From positions 192,001 through 256,000 of the forward strand of contig JBMNLZ010000001.1 of assembly GCA_050953065.1 (NCBI GenBank): a stretch of 64,000 nt of DNA, written 5' to 3'. The translations under genes were made by a program, and so were the position numbers. The notes under the pieces were generated by a model. That model made no database searches and had not been told where the DNA came from. It was given only the letters and a program-made list of their open reading frames with translations. This DNA comes from Bacilli bacterium. Its GTDB lineage: Bacteria > Bacillota_I > Bacilli_A > ML615J-28 > CAG-698. This document shows positions 1-8,287 of the stretch, in pieces (within the stretch, counting starts at the first letter, position 1; the number at the start of each line of letters is the position of its first letter).

Positions 1-541
1 TCTTATCAAAATTATCTCTAACTTGAACATAATCATCAGTTAAATAAGGTTCACACTCAACAGCATTTATTATTAATGTGTCAATTTTATTTTTTGAACT
101 GTACTTAGCATAAGTAGGGAACCCACTGCCACCTAATCCAACAATTCCGCAGGCCCTAATTCTTTCAATAATTTCTTCTGATGATAACCTGCTAGCATCA
201 ATTGGCTTTATAGTACCAATCTTTTCTTCTAAAAAGTTATTTTTAATTTGGATACAAGGTATCATTTTTCCTGAAGAATGCCATTTTTTTATGTCTACTG
301 AAATCACTTCTCCACTAACAGAAGCATGACTAGAAATTGGAAATCTTCCTTCTTTTCTTGCAATCTCTTGTCCTAATTTAACCTTATCACCTGGTTTAAC
401 TAAAGGTACAAACGTACCACCTTGTTCAAAAAGTGGAATATAAACATATTCTGGATCTAAAAATTCTAAAACATTATTTTGCAAAGATATTTCTTTATTG
501 TTTTTGTGTTCTTTAATATGTATTCCTTTAAAATTGTTCAT
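1..541 (-). CDS. rnfC: Rnf electron transport complex subunit C, N-terminal part (runs off the window start)
   Basis: Manual translation from ATG at 541 (SD AAGGAG): MNNFKGIHIKEHK...HASVSGEV...CGIVGLGGSGFPTYAK...LIINAVECEPYLTDD, the RnfC FMN/NADH-binding motifs. Not in the ORF track because it is truncated. Confidence 0.88.
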   Translation of the reverse strand, partial: MNNFKGIHIKEHKNNKEISLQNNVLEFLDPEYVYIPLFEQGGTFVPLVKPGDKVKLGQEIARKEGRFPISSHASVSGEVISVDIKKWHSSGKMIPCIQIKNNFLEEKIGTIKPIDASRLSSEEIIERIRACGIVGLGGSGFPTYAKYSSKNKIDTLIINAVECEPYLTDDYVQVRDNFDK

Positions 542-544
542 TTT

Positions 545-1282
545 TTAACTCCTTGAAGAATTATTATTTATTTTTTTAAAAACATTAGCTGTTTTTATAT
601 TATAACCTAAATATTTTGCGTAGTAAGAATTTATAAAATTATCACATTCATCTAAATTATTTATTTCAATCTCATCAGTTATATTGTGCAATTTCGTTAA
701 ATATAACTTTTTAAACTCAATAAAAATATTATTTTTTAAAAATTTTTCAAAACTACAACATCTATTACATTTCATCCCACCGCTTTCAAAATCAAAACCA
801 ATTAAATTAGTTTTATCTCCACAATTTACACATGAAGTAAACTCAGGTGCTACACCTAATAAATATAACATCTTGATTTTGAAAATCAATTTATATAAAT
901 CTGGACGATCAGAACTTTTTATTTTATCTAATATATCACTTAAGAAATTATAAAAAATTTTATAGTCCGTTATATGCTCAGCAAAAATATTTACTATTTC
1001 AAAAATTTCTAAAGTTGATTCTATTTTATACGGTTCTGTTTTTATAGTTGAATAGTTATCTATTAATTTTGTAGACTTTAAAATTCCAAAAGAATTATTG
1101 CGGGTTTGTAAATCAAATTCAATTTTAGTTATTTCGTGCAATAAGTAAAAGTTTTTGCTTTTAACTTTTAAACAACCCCGCCCTAAAGACGCAACAACTC
1201 CTTCTTCTGTAAGAAGTTGTACAATCTTTGAATCTTCTTTATATTTTTGAGTTTTAATTATTATAGCTTCAGTTAATCCCAT
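545..1282 (-). CDS. recO: DNA repair protein RecO
   Basis: N-terminal OB-like region, CxxC...CxxC zinc motif (CVNC, CNRC), and position directly after era. Confidence 0.9.
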   Translation of the reverse strand: MGLTEAIIIKTQKYKEDSKIVQLLTEEGVVASLGRGCLKVKSKNFYLLHEITKIEFDLQTRNNSFGILKSTKLIDNYSTIKTEPYKIESTLEIFEIVNIFAEHITDYKIFYNFLSDILDKIKSSDRPDLYKLIFKIKMLYLLGVAPEFTSCVNCGDKTNLIGFDFESGGMKCNRCCSFEKFLKNNIFIEFKKLYLTKLHNITDEIEINNLDECDNFINSYYAKYLGYNIKTANVFKKINNNSSRS

Positions 1283-2184
1283 TATTCCTTCTCAATCAAA
1301 TATCCCATTTTTTTAAGATTTTGTTTTTTGTTTCGCCAATTTTCTTCAACCTTTACCCAAATATCTAAATAAACTTTTCTTCCCATAATTAAAACAATAT
1401 CTTTTCTTGCTAAAGTTCCAATTTTTTTTATCATATTTCCTTGATGACCTATGATAATTTTCTTTTGGCTAGCTTTTTCAACATATATGATAACATTTAT
1501 TTCAACCAAATCATTGGTTTCAGACTCTTTAATATTTTCAACTATGATTGCAATTGAATGCGGAATCTCTTGATTAGTAAGAAATAAAGCTTTTTCTCTA
1601 ATTATTTCAGCAATAATAAATTCTATAGTCCTATCAGTTGTTATACCATCAGGATAAAACTGAGGACCTTCTTCTAAGTTTTCAAATATAGAATCCACTA
1701 AAATATCTATATTTTTACTTTTCAAGGCACTAATATAATACGCATCTTTAATATTAAGCCTTTTTTGATATTCTAAAATATTTTTAAATAACTTCTCATT
1801 ATCTTTAATAAGATCTATTTTATTAATAACTAATATAATCGCAACTTTATTTTTTTCTAATTCTTTGATAATTTTTTCATCATTTTCAGAAAAATCTTTA
1901 GTCGCATCAACCATATACAAAATTAAATCTACGTCTTTTAGAGTACTAAAAGCATACTTATTCATTAAACTTCCTAACTCATTTTTAGATGGATGAATAC
2001 CAGGAGTATCAATAAAAATTATCTGCCCACGCTTTTCAGATAAGATGCCACGAATGGCGTTTCTAGTCGTTTGAGGTTTTGGGCTTACTATTGAAACCTT
2101 GCTTTTTAAAACATTATTAATAAACGTAGATTTCCCGACATTAGGGGCACCTATTATTGCAGCAAAACCTGATTTATAAGTCAT
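1282..2184 (-). CDS. era: GTPase Era
   Basis: GAPNVGKS, PQTTR, DTPG and NKID motifs; KH domain with IIIGHQGNMIKKIG. Confidence 0.97.
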   Translation of the reverse strand: MTYKSGFAAIIGAPNVGKSTFINNVLKSKVSIVSPKPQTTRNAIRGILSEKRGQIIFIDTPGIHPSKNELGSLMNKYAFSTLKDVDLILYMVDATKDFSENDEKIIKELEKNKVAIILVINKIDLIKDNEKLFKNILEYQKRLNIKDAYYISALKSKNIDILVDSIFENLEEGPQFYPDGITTDRTIEFIIAEIIREKALFLTNQEIPHSIAIIVENIKESETNDLVEINVIIYVEKASQKKIIIGHQGNMIKKIGTLARKDIVLIMGRKVYLDIWVKVEENWRNKKQNLKKMGYLIEKE

Positions 2185-2606
2185 GTTAAATCCTTACTAT
2201 TAAACTCTAATGGTAAAAGTTCCTTAACCTTTACAATACGATAATTTTTATTTGCATCACACATTATAATTTCAGCATCCTCATTCATCAGTTCAACCAT
2301 TACTTGCCTACATGCACCACAAGGCGAAATAATCTTTGATGAAGATGAAAGAACTAGCATCTTTTCAATCTCTTCTTTCTTTACTCCTTTAGAATATGCA
2401 TTATAAAGAGCTGATCTTTCAGCACAATTTGTTAATCCATAAGAAGCATTTTCAATATTGACACCTTCAAAAAAAAGATTGCCTTTAGTTTTTATAATAG
2501 ATGCTACTTTTAATTTTGAATATGGTGAATATGATTTTTCTAATGCTTTTAAAGCCCGATTAAACATAGTCTCAAAATCAAAATTATCTTTTAAAACCTC
2601 CATCAT
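2181..2606 (-). CDS. cdd: Cytidine deaminase (homotetrameric type)
   Basis: NIENASYGLTNCAERSA and PCGACRQ zinc motifs. Confidence 0.95.
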   Translation of the reverse strand: MMEVLKDNFDFETMFNRALKALEKSYSPYSKLKVASIIKTKGNLFFEGVNIENASYGLTNCAERSALYNAYSKGVKKEEIEKMLVLSSSSKIISPCGACRQVMVELMNEDAEIIMCDANKNYRIVKVKELLPLEFNSKDLT

Positions 2607-3012
2607 TTAATATCCTTTCCTGAATTGCTAACATTTCTTTTTCTTGTTCACTTGTTTCATGATCAAAACCTAGCAAGTGTAATATTCCATGTACTAATAA
2701 AAAAGCATATTCTCTTTCATTACTGTGGTTATATTTTTGAGCTTGTTCATATATTTTTTCTAAGCAAATAAAAATATCTCCCAAATATTTATCTTCTTCT
2801 GCTTCAAAAGACAATACATCTGTAGCATAGTCCTTCATTCTATATTTGTAATTCATCTCTTTCATTTTTTTTGTATCAATAATAACAACAGTTACATTGC
2901 TTTTTTTTTTAATATTTTTAGCAAAGGCTAAACTGATTTTATTTGATAGTTCTTCAAACTTTATATCTTCCACTATTAATTCTATAGGAACTATTGTTTT
3001 AATTTTAATCAT
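2584..3012 (-). CDS. ybeY: rRNA maturation endoribonuclease YbeY
   Basis: TDVLSF, LGDIFI and HGILHLLGFDH motifs. Start moved to ATG 3012, overlapping the phoH stop. Confidence 0.93.
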   Translation of the reverse strand: MIKIKTIVPIELIVEDIKFEELSNKISLAFAKNIKKKSNVTVVIIDTKKMKEMNYKYRMKDYATDVLSFEAEEDKYLGDIFICLEKIYEQAQKYNHSNEREYAFLLVHGILHLLGFDHETSEQEKEMLAIQERILNDGGFKR

Positions 3013-3982
3013 TTGAGTTTTCCTTTGATTCCAGTCGTTCGTATCTTTCAATTATTTTGCTAACTAAATCATGTCGCATCACATCATTTTTATTAAATTC
3101 AATAACATCTATCCCTTTAATATTTTTTAAGATATTAATAGCTTCAATCAAACCAGAATTGCTTTTTCTAGGTAAATCTATTTGAGTAATATCTCCAGTT
3201 ATAATCATTTTTGAATTTTGACCTAGTCTAGTAAGAAACATCTTCATTTGAAGAGTAGTTGCATTTTGTGCTTCATCAAGAATTACAACAGAATCTTCTA
3301 AAGTTCTTCCTCGCATATAAGCCAGTGGAGTTACCTCAATTGTACCTTTAGCAATCATTTTGTTTGTTTCCTCTTTGCCAAAAACTTCATAAAGAGCATC
3401 ATATAAAGGCACTAAAAAAGGATCTATTTTTTCTTTCATATCACCAGGTAAAAAACCTAATTTTTCACCAGCCTCAACAATAGGTCTCACTAAAAATATT
3501 TTTCTTACTTTTTTCATTTTAAATATTTTAGCAGCAAACATAATTGCTAAAAAAGTTTTACCACTACCTGCAGATCCTATAGAAAAAACAATATCATTTT
3601 TATCTAATGATTTTAAATATTTATATTGATTTATAGATCTTGGAATAATGCTTTTTCCAGAATCGGTATTAATAAATACTTCTCGTTCTTCAAAAAAAGA
3701 AATTATTTCATTTTTAGTACCATTATCTAAACTATTAACAATTATTTTTATATCTTTAAGACTTAAATATATTTGCTTACAAGCTAAACTTTCTAAAATA
3801 CTAAAAATTTCTACTAGTTTAGTCTCATCTTCTTTTTCCGGAATAAAAATGTCTTGATGTCTAGCCACAATTTCAACATTTGTAATTGATGATAGAAAAT
3901 TAATATTTCTATTTTCTGGTCCAAGCGCAAAAAGTTCATTATTGCAATTTTTAAAGGTATATATTTTTTTAAATTGCTCCAT
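3005..3982 (-). CDS. phoH: PhoH family ATPase
   Basis: GSAGSGKT, LGFLPGD, YMRGRTL, DEAQN and GDITQIDLP motifs. Start at ATG 3982 after SD AAGGAG. Confidence 0.95.
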   Translation of the reverse strand: MEQFKKIYTFKNCNNELFALGPENRNINFLSSITNVEIVARHQDIFIPEKEDETKLVEIFSILESLACKQIYLSLKDIKIIVNSLDNGTKNEIISFFEEREVFINTDSGKSIIPRSINQYKYLKSLDKNDIVFSIGSAGSGKTFLAIMFAAKIFKMKKVRKIFLVRPIVEAGEKLGFLPGDMKEKIDPFLVPLYDALYEVFGKEETNKMIAKGTIEVTPLAYMRGRTLEDSVVILDEAQNATTLQMKMFLTRLGQNSKMIITGDITQIDLPRKSNSGLIEAINILKNIKGIDVIEFNKNDVMRHDLVSKIIERYERLESKENSND

Positions 3983-4049
3983 ATTTTCTCCTTTTTCATG
4001 GATTATTATACCATAAAAAAACAGTTTTGTTAACTGCTTCTTACAAAAC

Positions 4050-4074
4050 AAAAAGCCATATTATGAATATGGCT
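4050..4074 (-). terminator. Intrinsic terminator of rpsU
   Basis: 9-bp stem AGCCATATT/AATATGGCT followed by a T-run on the minus strand. Confidence 0.8.
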
Positions 4075-4083
4075 CCTTAAAAA

Positions 4084-4266
4084 CTAATTAGAGCGATGGC
4101 TATTCTTTTTAGCAGCTCTTTTTTTCATTTTTCTAATGTCACTTGGTTTTAAAAAATGTTCTCTTTTGCGTATTTCGGCAAGGGTACCTGAACGAGAAAC
4201 GTCTCTCTTAAAACGTTTTAAAGCATCTTCGATTGATTCATTTTCACGAACTATAATTTTTGGCAT
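4084..4266 (-). CDS. rpsU: 30S ribosomal protein S21
   Basis: [16 protein letters not shown]...[12 protein letters not shown]; SD GGAGG. Confidence 0.97.
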   Translation of the reverse strand: MPKIIVRENESIEDALKRFKRDVSRSGTLAEIRKREHFLKPSDIRKMKKRAAKKNSHRSN

Positions 4267-4362
4267 TTTCCAGGACCTCCCTTCCGCATAAAAGAGTTAA
4301 TACATTACATATTATACCTTAAACAATCGTTTTTGTAAAGAGTTTTATAAACTTTTTATTTA

Positions 4363-4947
4363 TCATTTCTTTTTATATAAAGTAAATTTTGAAAATTTAT
4401 TTAATGCCTGTGTCCTATGACTAATTTTGTTTTTAATATCAGAAGTTAATTCACCAAAAGTTTTATCATATCCTTTAGGAATAAATACACTATCATATCC
4501 AAAACCATTTTTTCCTCTTTCCTCATATGCAATATTTCCTCTAAGTTTGCCTGAAAAATAGTGAACTTTACCATTATTATCAATATAACAAAAGCTACAA
4601 TAATAGTATGCTTGCCTATTCTTAAAACCTTTCATTTCAGTCAACAGTTTCTTATTATTATTGGCATCATCACCTTCTACTCCACCATATCTAGAAGAGT
4701 AGACTCCTGGAGCACCTTTCAAAGATTTAACAACCAATCCTGAATCATCTGCTAAAGTAGACATCCCATATAAATCAAAATAATATTTAGCTTTTTTGTA
4801 TGCATTTTGGCGAAAACTTATTCCATCTTCAATAACTAAATTTTTATCAGCAACATCAGTTAGCGATATAAAGTTGTAGTTTTGATTAGATGCTTCTTTA
4901 ATTTCTTTCAATTTATATTTATTATGCGTAGCGATTAAAATTTTCAT
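4363..4947 (-). CDS. rdgB: Non-canonical purine NTP pyrophosphatase (HAM1/RdgB)
   Basis: ATHNKYK, ADDSGL, PGVYSSR, GFGYD and SHR motifs. Confidence 0.95.
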   Translation of the reverse strand: MKILIATHNKYKLKEIKEASNQNYNFISLTDVADKNLVIEDGISFRQNAYKKAKYYFDLYGMSTLADDSGLVVKSLKGAPGVYSSRYGGVEGDDANNNKKLLTEMKGFKNRQAYYYCSFCYIDNNGKVHYFSGKLRGNIAYEERGKNGFGYDSVFIPKGYDKTFGELTSDIKNKISHRTQALNKFSKFTLYKKK

Positions 4948-5067
4948 GCAATACTCCTATTATTATACTAAAATATTATAGATTATATTTAAAATAAAGT
5001 CAATTAAAGAAAAAGATTTTGAATTTTTTATCTTTTTGTGTATAATTATATTAAATTGTGAGGTATT

Positions 5068-5808
5068 ATGGAAAAAATAAACTTTAAATCAATTGTTACA
5101 TTTTCTTTATATATTTTTCTATCAACAATCGGAGTTTTTATAGTATTAAACATTATTAATAGTTATTTATCTGAAAGTTTTTTTGATTGTACGGGAAATT
5201 ATTCTAATAATGGATATTTACTAGTTCAAAATCTAATTAATTTCATTATATATTTAATACTTTTTGTACTTCTGTTAATTATATATAGAAAAGAATTAAT
5301 TTTAGATTACAAAAAAATGAAATATGATTCTTCCTTTACTCTAAAAGAAATTGTTAAAGCTTTTATATATTTACTTATCTTTAGTTTTTTAGGTAATTAT
5401 ATAACATTTATTTTCACTGAAACTGAGTCTATAAATCAAGTCTCTATTACTGAAATGACACTTTCAAAATATGCTTTTTTTTCCATTATCTCAACTATCG
5501 TTCTAGCAGTTGTTGTGGAAGAAATAGTTTATAGAAAGGCATTAATATCTTTTTTAAAAAACTTTAACATTCTAAATGATAAGGTAATAATATTAATTTC
5601 AGGCTTCTTTTTCGGAATCATCCACATTATATTTACCGGAGATTTTCTTCACTTCTTTTCTTATTTTTTCCCTGGAATGGTTTTTGCATATTATTATTTA
5701 AAAAAGAACCAAAATATTTGGTTCTCAATTTCACTTCATTTTATGAATAATTTGCTAAGTATCATCGCTATATTTATACTTTCAATATTAGACTACAGTA
5801 ATTTGTAA
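5068..5808 (+). CDS. CPBP (Abi/CAAX type II) intramembrane metalloprotease
   Basis: Multi-TM protein with EExxxR (EEIVYR), FxxxH (FGIIH) and HxxxN (HFMNN) motifs. Confidence 0.9.
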   Translation: MEKINFKSIVTFSLYIFLSTIGVFIVLNIINSYLSESFFDCTGNYSNNGYLLVQNLINFIIYLILFVLLLIIYRKELILDYKKMKYDSSFTLKEIVKAFIYLLIFSFLGNYITFIFTETESINQVSITEMTLSKYAFFSIISTIVLAVVVEEIVYRKALISFLKNFNILNDKVIILISGFFFGIIHIIFTGDFLHFFSYFFPGMVFAYYYLKKNQNIWFSISLHFMNNLLSIIAIFILSILDYSNL

Positions 5809-7043
5809 ATTTTATTGTCTGCATACGCTAAAGCAATTTCTTTTAAATCTCTTCCTTTATCATCAATAAAATTTTTTGATATTTTATTATCAAGCAAACT
5901 TTTTACCACTAAATAATCATTTCTAATAATTGCAGTGTATAAAAAATTTCTACTATAGTATATTTCATTAACGTCAATTTTATGTTCTAAAATATTAAGT
6001 ATTATTCTTGAATTATTTGAAATAAACGCTATCAATAATGCTGAATGACCATGTTTATCTAAATTAGTAAGCGAGGCTTTTTTCTTTAATAGTAAATCAA
6101 CTATCTTATAGTCATTATTAAGAATGGCATAATATAAACATTTATTACCAAAAGCATCAACACCGTTTACATCAAAATCACTTATTTTTTCTATAAACTC
6201 AAAGTCTTTATCACGAACAGCTTTATGAATTTTATTTTCTTCATAAAATTTATAGTTCAGATTTTCTACATACTCTTCTAAAAAATATTTGTTTTCAAAA
6301 TCTAAATCCTTAATTTCTGAAGGATTAACACCATCAATATCTTTTGAAAAAATATAATTATTATTAGCTAATAAATATTCGACAGTTTCTTTTTTACAAA
6401 ATTTAGCTGCATAATGTAAAGGTGTCTCTTCGTAAATGTTTTTAGTATCAGTAAAAGGAAATTTTTCTACTAAAAATGGAATTAATGAATCATGCCCCTC
6501 CATACATGCATAATGTAAAACATTGTTTTTTCTATAATCAATATCTATAAACGAAGCACCAGCTTCAGTTACTAAATTTATAATATTAATTTTTCCTGAT
6601 CTTACAGCATAATGTATGGGTCTAGCTCCAATCTCATCTGGAATATGAATCTTTGCTCCATTTTTTAATAATAATGTTATAATCTCAAAATAACCTCTAT
6701 AACATGCAATATGTAATGAGGTTCTTTTTTTTATATCTACAGCATCTACTGCTGTTTTTTTAAAAAGAAGTAACTCTACCATATTTATTCTATTAAATTG
6801 TACAGCTATGTGTAAAGGTGTTTCTTGATATTTATTGACAGCGTTAAGATCAACACCATAATTTACAAGCATTTTAAAAATTTCAAAATTACTTTTTCTT
6901 GCGGCTCTATGTAATAAATTTTCATTCCTTGTATTAGTTATATTTATATCATTACCTAAATCAAAGTAATTTTTAATGTATATAGAATCACTATTGTCTA
7001 CTGCATTAAAAATATTAGTTGATTTTTCTAAATTTTTATCCAT
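5793..7043 (-). CDS. Ankyrin repeat protein (about 11-12 repeats in two blocks)
   Basis: Repeated 33-aa TPLHxA...LL..GA.IN units. ATG at 7043 follows AGGTGA; the track start is GTG at 7052. Confidence 0.92.
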   Translation of the reverse strand: MDKNLEKSTNIFNAVDNSDSIYIKNYFDLGNDINITNTRNENLLHRAARKSNFEIFKMLVNYGVDLNAVNKYQETPLHIAVQFNRINMVELLLFKKTAVDAVDIKKRTSLHIACYRGYFEIITLLLKNGAKIHIPDEIGARPIHYAVRSGKINIINLVTEAGASFIDIDYRKNNVLHYACMEGHDSLIPFLVEKFPFTDTKNIYEETPLHYAAKFCKKETVEYLLANNNYIFSKDIDGVNPSEIKDLDFENKYFLEEYVENLNYKFYEENKIHKAVRDKDFEFIEKISDFDVNGVDAFGNKCLYYAILNNDYKIVDLLLKKKASLTNLDKHGHSALLIAFISNNSRIILNILEHKIDVNEIYYSRNFLYTAIIRNDYLVVKSLLDNKISKNFIDDKGRDLKEIALAYADNKIYKLL

Positions 7044-7048
7044 TTTAT

Positions 7049-7300
7049 TCACCTGCTACTGTTAAATCTAATTCGTCTTTGACTTGCTATTTGCATTTTT
7101 TCCCCATTAATAGGATTAAAACATTCAAACGGTTTAGTCTCTATCACTTTAAATGTCCCAAAATTTGAAATAACAACCTTTTCGCCTTTCTCTAAAACCT
7201 CTGCTATTGTAGCAAAAGTTTCATTAATTATTTCTGCTGTCTCTTTTTGAGTTTTGTTAAGATTAAAACTTACTTTTTTTATTAAATCAGTTTTATTCAT
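7049..7300 (-). CDS. HU-family DNA-binding protein, divergent and short at the C-terminus
   Basis: MNKTDLI...GEKVVISNFGTF...NPINGE is the HU/IHF signature; 83 aa. Confidence 0.85.
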   Translation of the reverse strand: MNKTDLIKKVSFNLNKTQKETAEIINETFATIAEVLEKGEKVVISNFGTFKVIETKPFECFNPINGEKMQIASQRRIRFNSSR

Positions 7301-8175
7301 TTTTCTCCCCTACTATCAATATCATTGTTTTTTCTTTTTGATTTTGCATATGCTATCATCAATCTGGCTTTTTTATCATTATCTGATGCTTGATAACCTG
7401 TAATCGAGTACTTCCATTCTTTATAATAGTTTACTATTTCTTCTATTTCATCTCGTTTATCTTCCAAATTATCAAGGGAAAAAGTTTCGCTAGCGTTTGT
7501 CATATATATAGAAAGAAAATTTTCCAAGTTTTCTTTTTTATAAAATTCAAAAACTTCTTTTTCTTTCGCCTTATAATATTCTAAATAAATATTCTCAAGT
7601 CTAGTTAATAAAACTTCTTCTTTTGACTCTTCATCGCTCTTTTTGTTTTCATAAATATCGTTTTTATATTTCAAAATATTTTCAGTTAAATACTCAACAA
7701 ATTCTTTGCAATTTTGTTTTTGAAAATTTTTACTAATTTCATTTTGTTTTTCAGAGCAAAAAATAACCGCAGGAACTAAAAAAGCAGCTTTAGCATCAAA
7801 AAATATTGTTTCTTTATATTCACTCAAAATTGGTTGATATAATGAATCATAATCTTTTTGAACATTTTTTAAATTATTTTTAGCTTTTTTATAAAAAATT
7901 AGAGCTATAACAATCGGAATTAAAGAAATTAAAGTTAGAACTAAATAGAAAGTCTTATTATCAGCTTTTGATAATAGCGTAACTACAATTATCAAAATAA
8001 AAGCAATTAAGGCATACCCAGTCCAATAAAATCTATCTTTTACCTTATATTTTGCATTTTTAAAAGGAAAACTAAATTCTGCGTTAAGCATTTCTAATTT
8101 TTCAATATATACTTCCCTTTTTTTCTCGCTTAAATATAGTAACTCTTCTAGTCTTGTATTACATTTAATTTCCAT
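7297..8175 (-). CDS. Hypothetical membrane protein (2 TM plus charged helical region)
   Basis: Two hydrophobic segments at about aa 52-95, SD AGGAG, ATGA overlap with the HU gene. Confidence 0.75.
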   Translation of the reverse strand: MEIKCNTRLEELLYLSEKKREVYIEKLEMLNAEFSFPFKNAKYKVKDRFYWTGYALIAFILIIVVTLLSKADNKTFYLVLTLISLIPIVIALIFYKKAKNNLKNVQKDYDSLYQPILSEYKETIFFDAKAAFLVPAVIFCSEKQNEISKNFQKQNCKEFVEYLTENILKYKNDIYENKKSDEESKEEVLLTRLENIYLEYYKAKEKEVFEFYKKENLENFLSIYMTNASETFSLDNLEDKRDEIEEIVNYYKEWKYSITGYQASDNDKKARLMIAYAKSKRKNNDIDSRGEK

Positions 8176-8287
8176 TTTTACTCCTAATAGTTTATAAATG
8201 ATAAAAAATATTCTTTTTTTATATTATCTATTTTATTAATTCTGATTGTTATTTTTAATATGGTCACTTACATTTTTTTATAATGCC

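Noticed and set aside
2901-2910. T10 homopolymer in ybeY as a phase-variation tract
   Set aside because: The frame is intact, the gene is housekeeping, and long A/T runs are frequent in this AT-rich DNA.
7025-7051. TGA read as Trp to extend HU (genetic code 4)
   Set aside because: Several clear genes (ilvB, leuB, aroQ, rdgB) end at TGA and conserved Trp residues use TGG, so the code is 11.
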